Source of the DNA: Alloprevotella sp.
GTDB taxonomy: Bacteria; Bacteroidota; Bacteroidia; Bacteroidales; Bacteroidaceae
Length of the DNA: 64,000 nt
Assembly: GCA_045614785.1 (NCBI GenBank)
Contig: JAZLDQ010000028.1
Coordinates: 83,898 to 147,897, forward strand
Reading direction: 5' to 3'
Shown: piece after piece, positions 39,900 through 47,878 of the stretch
Layout: every line of letters begins with the position of its first letter
Position numbering within the stretch: position 1 is the first letter of the stretch
Made by a program: the position numbers and the translations under genes
Notes under the pieces: generated by a model
What the model was told of the DNA's origin: nothing
Database searches by the model: none
The model's input: the letters and a program-made list of their open reading frames with translations, nothing else

Positions 39900-41552
39900 A
39901 TGAAAAGATTTGCATTGTTACTCACTATTCTTTGCGCATCGAGCGTGGCAGCATTGGCTTGTACGAGTTTTCTTGTAGGTAAGAAAGCCTCGGCCGACGG
40001 CTCTGTTTTCATCACTTATAGCATGGATAGCTATGGCGCCTTTGCTCGCCTTACGTATTACCCAGCCGCTAAGCATCCTGTTGGCACTATGCGCCGCATC
40101 GTTGATGGCGACACGAATCATTATTTGGGCATGATACCTGAGGCTCCCGAGACGTATGCCGTCATGGGCAACATTAATGAGCACCAACTTTCTATCATGG
40201 AGACGACCTTTGGTGGGCGAGAAGAATTGGTTGACACCACAGGAGGCATCGACTACGTGTCGCTCATGACGCTTGGCTTGCAACGTGCACGCACAGCTCG
40301 CGAGGCAATCAAGGTGATGACTTCGCTCGTGAGCCAACATGGTTATTATAGTAGTGGTGAGAGCTTTTCGATAGCCGACCCTAATGAGGTGTGGATTCTC
40401 GAAATGATAGGCAAGGGCGCTTCAGAGAAAGGTGCTGTTTGGGTGGCAGTGCGCATTCCCGACGATTGCATAGCGTGCCATGCCAACCATAGCCGTATTC
40501 ATGAGTTCGACCTTTCGGACAAGGACAATGTGATGGCTAGTGGTGATGTAATCAGTTTCGCACGCCGCAAAGGTTATTTCGATGGTAAGGACGAGGACTT
40601 TTCTTTCTCTAAGGCCTATGCGCCCGCTGACTTTGGAGCTATCCGCTATTGTGATGCGAGAGCTTGGAGCTTTTATAACAAATGGGTGGATGGCATGGAT
40701 AAGTACCTTGATTATGCCAAGGGCTATGATATTGCGAACCAAAAGCCTTTTCCGCTTTACATGAAGCCCAAGCAAAAGTTGTCGTTGAAGGACGTGATGA
40801 CTTCTATGCGCGATCATTATGAAGGCACTTATTTCGACACGCAAGCCGACCTCTCGGCAGGCGAATCGTGTGCTCCTTATCGCCCTTCGCCTTTGAGCTG
40901 GAAGTATGAGGGTAAGACTTACTTTAACGAACGCCCCATTTCTACCCAGCAGGCGGCAGCTACAATGGTGGCACAATTGCGTGCTGATTTGCCCAACGAG
41001 ATTGGTGGCATCCTTTGGTGGGGTAATGACGAGGCTAACATGATTAGCTATTCGCCCATCTATTGCTCGGCCACGGCTTCGCCTCTTTGCTTTGATGACC
41101 CCGCGGCTTCCGACGTGCAATTCTCTTGGAACTCAGCCTTTTGGGTGTGCAACTGGGTGGCAAACATGACGTATCCTCGCTATGCTCAACTTTTCCCCGA
41201 CGTTGAGCGCGTGCGCGAAGAGGTGGAAAATTCTAACATCGCCCTCCAGCCCCTTGTTGAGCAACAAGCCTTTAAGCTCCTTCAAACAGAAGGCCACGAT
41301 GCTGCATGCCGCTTCCTTACGGCGGTGTCGGCCGAGCGAGCTGAATACATGATGCAACAATGGCGCACGCTGGGCACTTACCTCATCGTGAAGCACAATG
41401 ACATGGTGGTGAAGCGCGAAAAGGACGGACGCTTTGAGCTCACTCCCGACGGCATTGCAGCTCCTCCTGTACGCCCAGGGTTTACTCAAGAGTATCGACG
41501 TACGATAGTGAAGGAAACGGGCGATAGATACCTTGTACCGAGTAATAATTAG
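39900..41552 (+). CDS. C69-family dipeptidase (Ntn hydrolase)
   Basis: Signal peptide then CTSFLVGKKASADGS; NEHQLSIMETTFGGR; TAREAI. Confidence 0.9.
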   Translation: MKRFALLLTILCASSVAALACTSFLVGKKASADGSVFITYSMDSYGAFARLTYYPAAKHPVGTMRRIVDGDTNHYLGMIPEAPETYAVMGNINEHQLSIMETTFGGREELVDTTGGIDYVSLMTLGLQRARTAREAIKVMTSLVSQHGYYSSGESFSIADPNEVWILEMIGKGASEKGAVWVAVRIPDDCIACHANHSRIHEFDLSDKDNVMASGDVISFARRKGYFDGKDEDFSFSKAYAPADFGAIRYCDARAWSFYNKWVDGMDKYLDYAKGYDIANQKPFPLYMKPKQKLSLKDVMTSMRDHYEGTYFDTQADLSAGESCAPYRPSPLSWKYEGKTYFNERPISTQQAAATMVAQLRADLPNEIGGILWWGNDEANMISYSPIYCSATASPLCFDDPAASDVQFSWNSAFWVCNWVANMTYPRYAQLFPDVERVREEVENSNIALQPLVEQQAFKLLQTEGHDAACRFLTAVSAERAEYMMQQWRTLGTYLIVKHNDMVVKREKDGRFELTPDGIAAPPVRPGFTQEYRRTIVKETGDRYLVPSNN

Positions 41553-41560
41553 CGATTAAT

Positions 41561-41668
41561 AGTTGACGAGTTGACAAGTTAACAAGTTGACAAGAAGGTT
41601 TGACACGAACGCTGGTTCGCTAGTCGCTATTTATCTCGTTTACTCGTCCTCTCGTCCTCTCGTCAACT
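41561..41668. repeat. REP-like element, inverted copy of the 32.7-kb family
   Basis: GTTGAC(G/A)A octamers; core CAAGAAGGTTTGACACGAACGCTGG is close to the reverse complement of CCAGCGTTCGAGTCAAACCATCTTG; CTCGTC right arm. Confidence 0.75.
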
Positions 41669-41694
41669 ATATCTAAAAAGCAATAACAAATCAA

Positions 41695-42261
41695 ATGAAA
41701 GCATTAAAAGAAAGAATCATGAAGGATGGCCGTTGTTTCCCTGGCGGAATCCTAAAAGTAGATAATTTTATTAACCATCAGATGGACCCCATTTTGATGA
41801 AGTCAATGGCAGTAGAATTTGTGCGTCGTTTTGCTAGCACGAAGATTAATAAGGTGCTGACCGTTGAAGCCAGCGGCATCGCTCCTGCCATCATGGTGGG
41901 CTATCTGTTGGAACTCCCCGTAGTCTTTGCTAAGAAAAAGATGCCCAGCACGATGGAGAATATGCTTACGACGGAGGTTTTCTCCTTCACTAAAAACACG
42001 AGCTACACCGTGTGCGTAAGCAAGGATTACCTTTGTCCGGGCGACAAGGTGCTCTTCATCGACGACTTCCTCGCTAATGGCAATGCAGCAAAGGGGATGA
42101 TCGACCTTGTCGAGAAGGCTGGAGCCGAATTGGTGGGCATGGGCTTCTTGATAGAAAAGGCCTTCCAGGAAGGTGGCGATTATTTGCGAAATGCAGGCAT
42201 ACATGTCGAATCGCTTGCTATCATCGAAAGTTTGGATAATTGTGAGATAAAGCTGAAGTAA
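41695..42261 (+). CDS. xpt: Xanthine phosphoribosyltransferase
   Basis: [23 protein letters not shown] and IDDFLANG motifs. Confidence 0.95.
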   Translation: MKALKERIMKDGRCFPGGILKVDNFINHQMDPILMKSMAVEFVRRFASTKINKVLTVEASGIAPAIMVGYLLELPVVFAKKKMPSTMENMLTTEVFSFTKNTSYTVCVSKDYLCPGDKVLFIDDFLANGNAAKGMIDLVEKAGAELVGMGFLIEKAFQEGGDYLRNAGIHVESLAIIESLDNCEIKLK

Positions 42262-42262
42262 T

Positions 42263-42377
42263 TTAGAGTACAGACAACAGAGTACAACTGCTATCCAGAT
42301 GGCTTCTTGTTAAGTTGTTTACTCGTTTACTTGTCAACTATTCATCTCATCTCGTCAACTTGTCAACTCGTCAACTA
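42263..42377. repeat. Partial REP-like element between xpt and the permease gene
   Basis: AGAGTACA units, ACAACTGCTAT, then CTYGTYWA octamers. Confidence 0.7.
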
Positions 42378-42388
42378 AACAATAAACT

Positions 42389-43735
42389 ATGCAAACAACA
42401 ACTGAACAAAACGTCGCTAAGCCATCGGGCTTAATCTACGGCCTTGAAGATCGTCCGCCCTTGCGCGACACCTTCTTTGCCGCCTTACAACATCTTTTGG
42501 CCATCTTCGTGGCTATCATCACCCCTCCACTTATCATTGCAGGTGCTTTAAAGTTGGATATTGAGACTACAGGCTTCCTCGTGTCTATGGCATTATTCGT
42601 GTCGGGCATCGCTACGTTTATTCAATGTCGCCGCTTAGGCCCCGTAGGTTGCGGATTGCTCTGCATTCAAGGCACAAGCTTCTCCTTCATTGGCCCCATC
42701 ATAGCCGCAGGATTGGCAGGCGGGCTACCAGCCATTTTGGGTGCTACGATAGCGGCCTCGGTGGTCGAAATCCTCGTCAGCCGCGTGCTTAAGTATATGC
42801 GCCGCATCATCACGCCTTTAGTGTCGGGCATCGTCGTGACGCTCATCGGCTTGAGCCTCATCAAGGTAGGCATTACGGCTTGCGGAGGCGGTGTGGCTTC
42901 GCAGGAGGCAGGCACTTTCGGATCGTTTCAGTATGTAGGAATAGCGGGTCTCGTGTTGGGGCTTATCATCTTCTTCAACCGTAGCAGCAATCCCTATTTG
43001 CGCATGAGTTCTATCGTCATAGGCCTCGCCATCGGCTATGTCGTGGCATGGGCTTTGGGTATGGTAGATTTCTCCAACATCCCCGACTTCGGAAGTCTCA
43101 ACATCCCCGTACCCTTCAAGTATGGCATCAGCTTCGACCTCTCAGCCATCATCTCCCTAGGGCTTGTTTATCTCATCACGGCCATCGAGGCTTATGGCGA
43201 CATCACGGCAAACTCGATGATTTCGGGTCAACCCGTAGAGGGCGAAAAGTTCATGAAGCGTGCTCAGGGCGGCATCCTTGCCGATGGTGTCAACTCAGCC
43301 ATTGCTGGTGTGTTCAACTCCTTCCCCAACTCCGTTTTTGCGCAGAACAACGGTATGATTCAGCTTACAGGCGTTGCCAGCCGATACGTAGGTTATTTCA
43401 TTGCAGGCATGTTGGTGTTGCTCGGCTTGTTCCCCGCCGTAGGGCTTGTCTTCTCGCTTATGCCCGAACCCGTGTTGGGTGGTGCTACGTTGCTCATGTT
43501 TGGCACTGTTGCAGCAGCAGGTGTGCGCATCATTGCTTCGCAAAACATCAATCGCAAGGCTACGCTAGTCATCGCCATCAGCTTCAGCTTTGGCTTGAGC
43601 GTTGAGCTCGTTCCTGAGATTCTTACTCAGCTCCCTGACACGGTGCGCAACATCTTCTCGTCGGGCATCACAACGGGCGGCGTGGCTGCCATCCTTTCCA
43701 ATGCGTTGATTAAGATTAAGGAAGAGGAAGCTTAG
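42389..43735 (+). CDS. NCS2 xanthine/uracil permease
   Basis: LQH, GTSFSF, EAYGD and QNNGMIQLTG signature. Confidence 0.93.
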   Translation: MQTTTEQNVAKPSGLIYGLEDRPPLRDTFFAALQHLLAIFVAIITPPLIIAGALKLDIETTGFLVSMALFVSGIATFIQCRRLGPVGCGLLCIQGTSFSFIGPIIAAGLAGGLPAILGATIAASVVEILVSRVLKYMRRIITPLVSGIVVTLIGLSLIKVGITACGGGVASQEAGTFGSFQYVGIAGLVLGLIIFFNRSSNPYLRMSSIVIGLAIGYVVAWALGMVDFSNIPDFGSLNIPVPFKYGISFDLSAIISLGLVYLITAIEAYGDITANSMISGQPVEGEKFMKRAQGGILADGVNSAIAGVFNSFPNSVFAQNNGMIQLTGVASRYVGYFIAGMLVLLGLFPAVGLVFSLMPEPVLGGATLLMFGTVAAAGVRIIASQNINRKATLVIAISFSFGLSVELVPEILTQLPDTVRNIFSSGITTGGVAAILSNALIKIKEEEA

Positions 43736-43875
43736 TGTCCTTTGTTTTTTTGAGTGAAACGAAGGTTTAGTGGCTTTCCTGAAATTCGGTTTTTTTTGAT
43801 TTTTTCTCTTAGAGTGCAGATTGCAACTTTCTTTTGGATGGAATGTTGTGGCCTGCGCTCTTTTTTAGTGACGAT

Positions 43876-43959
43876 GACGAAGTCCGAGGTAGTGCTGACG
43901 AAGTCCGAGGTTGTTGCGAAGAAGTCCGAGGTAGTGCTGACGAAGTCCGATGTAGTGGT
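43876..43959. repeat. Four tandem 21-bp repeats
   Basis: GA(C/A)GAAGTCCGA(G/T)GT(A/T)G-led units starting at 43876, 43897, 43918 and 43939. Confidence 0.9.
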
Positions 43960-44015
43960 GGGGTGCATGAGGTTGTTGTGATGATATTTGAGGTGGTGTT
44001 GTGTGTCAACATTTG

Positions 44016-44064
44016 CAAAGTTACGAAGCGCTGTTGATGGTCTGCGAATTAGTGCGAATTAGTG
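44016..44064 (-). promoter_or_regulatory. Leftward -7 promoter element with 10-bp direct repeats
   Basis: TAACTTTG (minus strand) at 44016-44023; TGCGAATTAG twice at 44043-44062. Confidence 0.55.
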
Positions 44065-44198
44065 TGCGGATTTTTGAATGCTTTTTTCTTGTTGTTGTAT
44101 GGTAAGCGGTTGATATCTAGTTAATTGTGTTTTTTGTAAGTCATGATTAGTTTTGGCAAAATGCTTGAATGTGAAAAAAGTGCATAGGTGTTTGATAG

Positions 44199-44408
44199 GG
44201 GTAATCAGATGTAATCAGTTGTCAGTTGTTTATTTTTGATTACCTTGTTTGCTTTTAAAAATTCCAGCTGCTACTTAAAAAGAAATTTTTATATATAATA
44301 TATTATATATAAATTATTATATTATTATTTCTCTTTCTCTTTTCTATCCTCCATCATGAGTGGGTAATCAATTTTAATTAACTGACAACTGATTACATCT
44401 GATTACCC
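44199..44408. repeat. Origin-like dyad module C: GTAATCAG repeats / AT palindrome / CTGATTAC repeats
   Basis: Perfect 29-bp inverted repeat 44199-44227 / 44380-44408; inner 9-bp IR 44236-44244 / 44363-44371; perfect 26-bp A/T palindrome 44288-44313. Confidence 0.9.
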
Positions 44409-44472
44409 TCTATGAGTGTTTCTTTAGATTCTAATTTTCAAATGTTAAAATTTGCTTGCTAAGCAGGTGTGA

Positions 44473-44522
44473 AAAAAAAGCTAACCTCGGAGGCAAAATA
44501 CCTTTGAGGTTAGCTTGTTTTA
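44473..44522. terminator. Terminator for the lipid kinase gene
   Basis: AAAAAAAGCTAACCTC...GAGGTTAGCTT stem. Confidence 0.75.
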
Positions 44523-44580
44523 AAAGATAAATTAAGGTGTTGAAAAACGGTGAGATTTCGTTTTCTGTTATAGGCGGGGG

Positions 44581-45612
44581 TTATAGCTTTTTAAGCTTTT
44601 CGAGCACCGACTTGTTGAGCTGCTTAATGCTCTTTTCGGTTTGTGCGATTTCGGCTTGTAGCTCCTGCATGTGTCCGGGAAATTCGGATATCTGGTCGGA
44701 GAATACCTGCATGAGGTTGTGGCGGCGCGGTGGTGCTGCGGGGTTTACTACGATGTTGATGCCTTGGTGCTCGATGCGCACGTCGATGGTTTGCCCCGTG
44801 AGGAGGGGGTCGCCATCGCAATGTACGGGGGCTGAGCCTGTACGGGTGATGACGATGTGCTTGGCGCGGAACGTCTTGACGCGGCTATTGGTGTGGAGTG
44901 TGCCGTTGAAGAGCTGAAGAGCGAGCCCTGGGGCTTCGATGGCGGTGAAGGGTTCGAGCATGGTGATGTCCATGAGTCCGTCGCTCATGGATGCGAAGGG
45001 TGCGATGTAGGCATTGTTGCCATATTGCGAGGCGTTGGCGCAGGCGATGACGAAGGCTTTTTGGCTTACGGCTTGGTCATCGAAGCGGATGGTGTAGGTG
45101 TCGGGCTGGTAGTTGAGCGTTTCGCGTAGGGTGTTTTCGATGTAGGAGAGGAGCCCTCGCTTGCCGCTCTGAGCGAACTTCATGCTAACGAAGGCGTCGA
45201 AGCCCATGCCGCAGGTGCAGAAGAAGGGGATGTCGTTCATGATGCCGAAGTCGAGGGGTTTGATGCATGCGGCGTTGATGATTTTTATGGCTCCTACGGG
45301 GTCGATGGGTATTTGTAAGTGGCGCGCAAGTCCGTTGCCGCTACCGCAGGGGATGATGGCCAGTGCGGTGGAGGTGTGGATGAGTGCGCGTGCTACTTCG
45401 TTGATGGTGCCGTCGCCCCCTACGGCTACAACGATGTCGATGCCGTCGGCGGCCGCTTGGCGTGCGAGCTCCTCAGCGTGTCCGGCATATTCGGTGTAGC
45501 GAATGGCATAGTTGAATTGGGCGGTGTCGATGAAGCGGCCGATGCATTGGCGCACGTAGAGCTTCTTATCGGTGCCGGATTTTGGATTGATGATGAATAG
45601 GAGGGATTTCAT
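44581..45612 (-). CDS. Diacylglycerol/sphingosine kinase family (YegS-like) lipid kinase
   Basis: INPKSG, GGDGTINEV, PCGSGNGLAR, GMGFDA and DGD motifs. Confidence 0.92.
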   Translation of the reverse strand: MKSLLFIINPKSGTDKKLYVRQCIGRFIDTAQFNYAIRYTEYAGHAEELARQAAADGIDIVVAVGGDGTINEVARALIHTSTALAIIPCGSGNGLARHLQIPIDPVGAIKIINAACIKPLDFGIMNDIPFFCTCGMGFDAFVSMKFAQSGKRGLLSYIENTLRETLNYQPDTYTIRFDDQAVSQKAFVIACANASQYGNNAYIAPFASMSDGLMDITMLEPFTAIEAPGLALQLFNGTLHTNSRVKTFRAKHIVITRTGSAPVHCDGDPLLTGQTIDVRIEHQGINIVVNPAAPPRRHNLMQVFSDQISEFPGHMQELQAEIAQTEKSIKQLNKSVLEKLKKL

Positions 45613-45623
45613 GGAGAGATTGC

Positions 45624-45692
45624 AGAGTAGTGAGTAGAGAGTAGTGAGTAGTCCTTAAAATCTTAAAACCTTAAAACCTCAAAACCTCAAAA
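45624..45692. repeat. Short heptamer/octamer repeat tract
   Basis: GAGTAG(T/A) heptamers followed by CCTYAAAA octamers. Confidence 0.6.
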
Positions 45693-45964
45693 AGTACTGC
45701 AAATATAGAGTATTTTTTGTGGAATGATAGTTTTCAGTGTTTATTTATTTTCGAGAGATAGCAGAAATTGCACATTTTGGGCAGAAAAGCGCAATTTTTT
45801 AGTAATGTTGTAGGTCGTTTTAAATTAAAGCGCTAATTTTGCAAGGTTTTAGAATCGGAAAATAGGAATCACGTTGCTCTATTTGTTCTTTGGTCCTGAA
45901 CGTATGCAAGGCGTATGCGTTATGAAGGTCGAGGCATGAAGAGCGGCGGTAATTTAGATATTAC

Positions 45965-47152
45965 ATGGGTTTATTACAAGAAAGATTAGCACAGTTTACG
46001 CTTCCTCAGGAGTTGATGGAAAAGGGGGCTTACCCTTACTTCCGCGAAATTGATGGTAAGCAGGGTACAGAAGTTGAGATGGGCGGACATCACGTGTTGA
46101 TGTTTGGCTCAAATGCTTACACTGGACTTACGGGTGACGAACGTATCATTAAGGCGGCAAAAGATGCGCTTGATAAGTATGGTACGGGTTGTGCAGGTAG
46201 CCGCTTCCTCAATGGTACGCTCGACTTGCACGTGGTGCTCGAAAAGGAAATCGCAAAGTACATCGGCAAGGAAGAATCGCTATGTTTTTCTACTGGTTTT
46301 ACGGTGAACTCAGGTGTTATCGCATGTCTTTGCGGTCGTAACGACTATATCATTTGTGATGATCGTGACCACGCTTCGATTATCGACGGACGCCGCCTCT
46401 CTATGGCTAAGCAGCTCAAGTTTAAGCACAACGACATGGCCGACCTTGAGAAGCAGCTTCAGCGTTGCGAGCCCGATGCCTTGAAGCTTATTGTTGTTGA
46501 TGGCGTATTCTCAATGGAGGGTGACCTCTGTAATTTGCCCGAAATCATTCGTTTGAAGAAGAAGTATAACGCTACGGTGATGGTGGACGAAGCGCATGGT
46601 GTTGGCGTGTTTGGGCGCGATGGACGCGGTGTGTGCGACCATTTTGGCTTGACCGACGAGGTTGACCTTATTATGGGTACTTTCTCTAAGTCGTTGGCAA
46701 GCATCGGTGGTTTTATTGCGGCAGATTCGACGGTTATCAACTGGATTCGCCATAATTGCCGTACATACATCTTCTCTGCTTCAAATACTCCTGCGGCTAC
46801 GGCGGCAGCTCTTGAGGCCGTGCGTATTATCCAGGCTGAGCCCGAGCGTATCGAGGCATTGTGGGACGTGACACGCTATGCACTCGATAAGTTTAGAAAT
46901 GCGGGCTTCGAAATAGGTGATACTGAGAGCCCCATCATTCCGCTCTACGTTCGCGATATTGAAAAGACTTTTGCCGCAACAATGATGGCATTCGAGGAAG
47001 GTGTGTTTATCAACCCCGTAATTCCTCCTGCTTGCGCTCCTCAGGATACGTTGGTGCGCGTGGCGTTGATGGCTACGCATACGAAGGAACAGGTGGACCT
47101 TGCGGTTGAAAAGCTCTCCAAGGTGTTTAGAGCGCTTGGCGTGATAGAATAA
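45965..47152 (+). CDS. spt: Serine palmitoyltransferase (alpha-oxoamine synthase family)
   Basis: YPYFR, FGSNAYTGL, GSRFLNGT, DGVFSMEGD, DEAHG and GTFSKS motifs; divergent from the lipid kinase. Confidence 0.88.
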   Translation: MGLLQERLAQFTLPQELMEKGAYPYFREIDGKQGTEVEMGGHHVLMFGSNAYTGLTGDERIIKAAKDALDKYGTGCAGSRFLNGTLDLHVVLEKEIAKYIGKEESLCFSTGFTVNSGVIACLCGRNDYIICDDRDHASIIDGRRLSMAKQLKFKHNDMADLEKQLQRCEPDALKLIVVDGVFSMEGDLCNLPEIIRLKKKYNATVMVDEAHGVGVFGRDGRGVCDHFGLTDEVDLIMGTFSKSLASIGGFIAADSTVINWIRHNCRTYIFSASNTPAATAAALEAVRIIQAEPERIEALWDVTRYALDKFRNAGFEIGDTESPIIPLYVRDIEKTFAATMMAFEEGVFINPVIPPACAPQDTLVRVALMATHTKEQVDLAVEKLSKVFRALGVIE

Positions 47153-47194
47153 GTTTTCAGTAAATACTTGAACGATAGCTTTACATCGATAAAT

Positions 47195-47245
47195 AATTCG
47201 CTTGAATCTGCTCTCAATTTGAGACGATTCAAGCGATTTTTTTTG
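47195..47245 (+). terminator. Terminator after spt
   Basis: TCGCTTGAATC...GATTCAAGCGA followed by T-run. Confidence 0.8.
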
Positions 47246-47351
47246 TTAATACTCCTAAAATGGTAAAATCATTCTTAAAAAAGAGTGAATGTTAATAGAA
47301 AACATTATTTTTGCTATTACTTAGTGAAAAACGAATTAAAAAAAATTGGAT

Positions 47352-47852
47352 ATGACATTTTTAGAACTTTGTCAACAACGTTATTCATCGCGTGATTACA
47401 AGGATGTGTTTGTAGAACAGGAGAAGATAGATTATATTTTGCGATGCGCCCAGCTGGCGCCTTCGGCCGTGAACTTTCAACCTTGGAAAATTAGATGGGT
47501 GTCGAAGCCTGCGGAGATGAGCAAGTTGTGCGAGTGTTATAATCGTTCATGGTTTTCTACGGCTAAGCATTGTTTCGTGCTCTATAAGAACAAAGAGGTG
47601 GAGTGGGTGAGAAAGGCTGATCAGAAGGCGCATGGTGACATCGACGTGGCTATTTTGGCAGAGCATATATGCTTGGCGGCTGCCGAAATAGGGTTGGGCA
47701 CTTGCTGGATTTGTAACTTTGATGTAGAAAAGCTTAAGGCAAATTTCCCTACGCCCGATTATCTTGAACCAATGGTGATCATTCCGCTTGGATATCCAGC
47801 AGATGAGGTAAAGCCAAAGCAAAGAAAGGCATTGTCGGAGATATTGTTGTAA
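47352..47852 (+). CDS. Nitroreductase family protein
   Basis: RYSSR, APSAVNFQPW, GLGTCWI and LGYPA motifs. Confidence 0.92.
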   Translation: MTFLELCQQRYSSRDYKDVFVEQEKIDYILRCAQLAPSAVNFQPWKIRWVSKPAEMSKLCECYNRSWFSTAKHCFVLYKNKEVEWVRKADQKAHGDIDVAILAEHICLAAAEIGLGTCWICNFDVEKLKANFPTPDYLEPMVIIPLGYPADEVKPKQRKALSEILL

Positions 47853-47878
47853 AAAAACTCATAAAAAACGTAAGGCAT

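Noticed and set aside
43876..43959. CRISPR array
   Set aside because: The 21-bp units are contiguous with no unique spacers, and there are no cas genes
44581..47152. Divergent lipid kinase / spt pair as a novel system
   Set aside because: This is a familiar arrangement in sphingolipid-producing Bacteroidales
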